Position numbers and translations under genes: made by a program. 64,000 bases of DNA. It comes from Octopus bimaculoides. Taxonomy: Eukaryota. The notes beneath the pieces are model-generated. The model was not told the DNA's origin, did not search any database, and saw only the letters and a program-made list of their open reading frames with translations. Shown piece after piece: positions 63,637-64,000 of this stretch. The stretch's first letter is position 1. Each line of letters opens with the position of its first letter. The stretch spans positions 72,161,048-72,225,047 of the forward strand of contig NC_068986.1 of NCBI RefSeq assembly GCF_001194135.2, in the 5' to 3' direction.

Positions 63637-64000
63637 TCATCATCATCATCGATTAACATCCACTTACCATGCTGGCATGGGTTAGACGGTTTGACTGAGG
63701 ACTAGTGAACCAGAGACTGCACCAGGTTCAATCTGATCTGGCAAAGTTTCTACAGCTGGATGCCCTTCCTCATGCCAACCACTCCGAGAATCATCATCAT
63801 CGTTTAACGTCTGCTTTCCATGCTAGCATGGGTTGGATGATTTGACTGAGGACTGGTGAAACCGGATGGCAACACCAGGCTCCAGTCTGATTTGGCAGAG
63901 TTTCTACAGCTGGATGCCCTTCCTAACTCCAACCACTCAGAGAGTGTAGTGGGTGCTTTTACGTGTCACCCGCACGAAAATGGCCACGCTCGAAATGGTG
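63637..64000 (-). mobile_element. Two tandem RTE-type 3' tails
   Basis: (CAT)n cgtttaac...ccatgct.gcatgggtt.gacggtttgactgaggact... occurs twice, at 63637 and 63791. Confidence 0.8.

Noticed and set aside
1-64000. CRISPR arrays, rRNA genes, prokaryotic operons or defence systems
   Set aside because: No repeat-spacer arrays, rRNA-like sequence or dense ORF blocks; the sequence is intron-rich eukaryotic DNA.

Overview
AT-rich, microsatellite-dense eukaryotic genomic DNA with six N-gaps. The repeat families suggest a coleoid cephalopod, probably Octopus (inference). One complete protein-coding gene can be built by hand: a minus-strand, five-exon TM2D2 orthologue (TM2-domain protein 2; 188 aa; CDS exons 51657-51509, 45403-45316, 43605-43490, 39088-39000, 5052-4928). 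All four introns are GT-AG with matching phases, and the last intron is about 34 kb. None of these exons appears in the supplied ORF track, whose ORFs are almost all microsatellite or transposon artefacts. The rest is a mosaic of tRNA-headed SINEs, RTE, Penelope-like and RLE-type LINE remnants, a Gypsy pol remnant, mariner/Tc1, hAT and piggyBac remnants, and MITEs. The features most worth follow-up are: two fold-back MITEs carrying telomeric TTAGGG/CCCTAA repeats upstream of the gene, a pre-miRNA-like intronic hairpin, a piggyBac derivative with its own MITE descendant, hammerhead-like cores in Penelope-type terminal repeats, and a 62-bp inverted templated insertion. No novel system is proven from the sequence alone.
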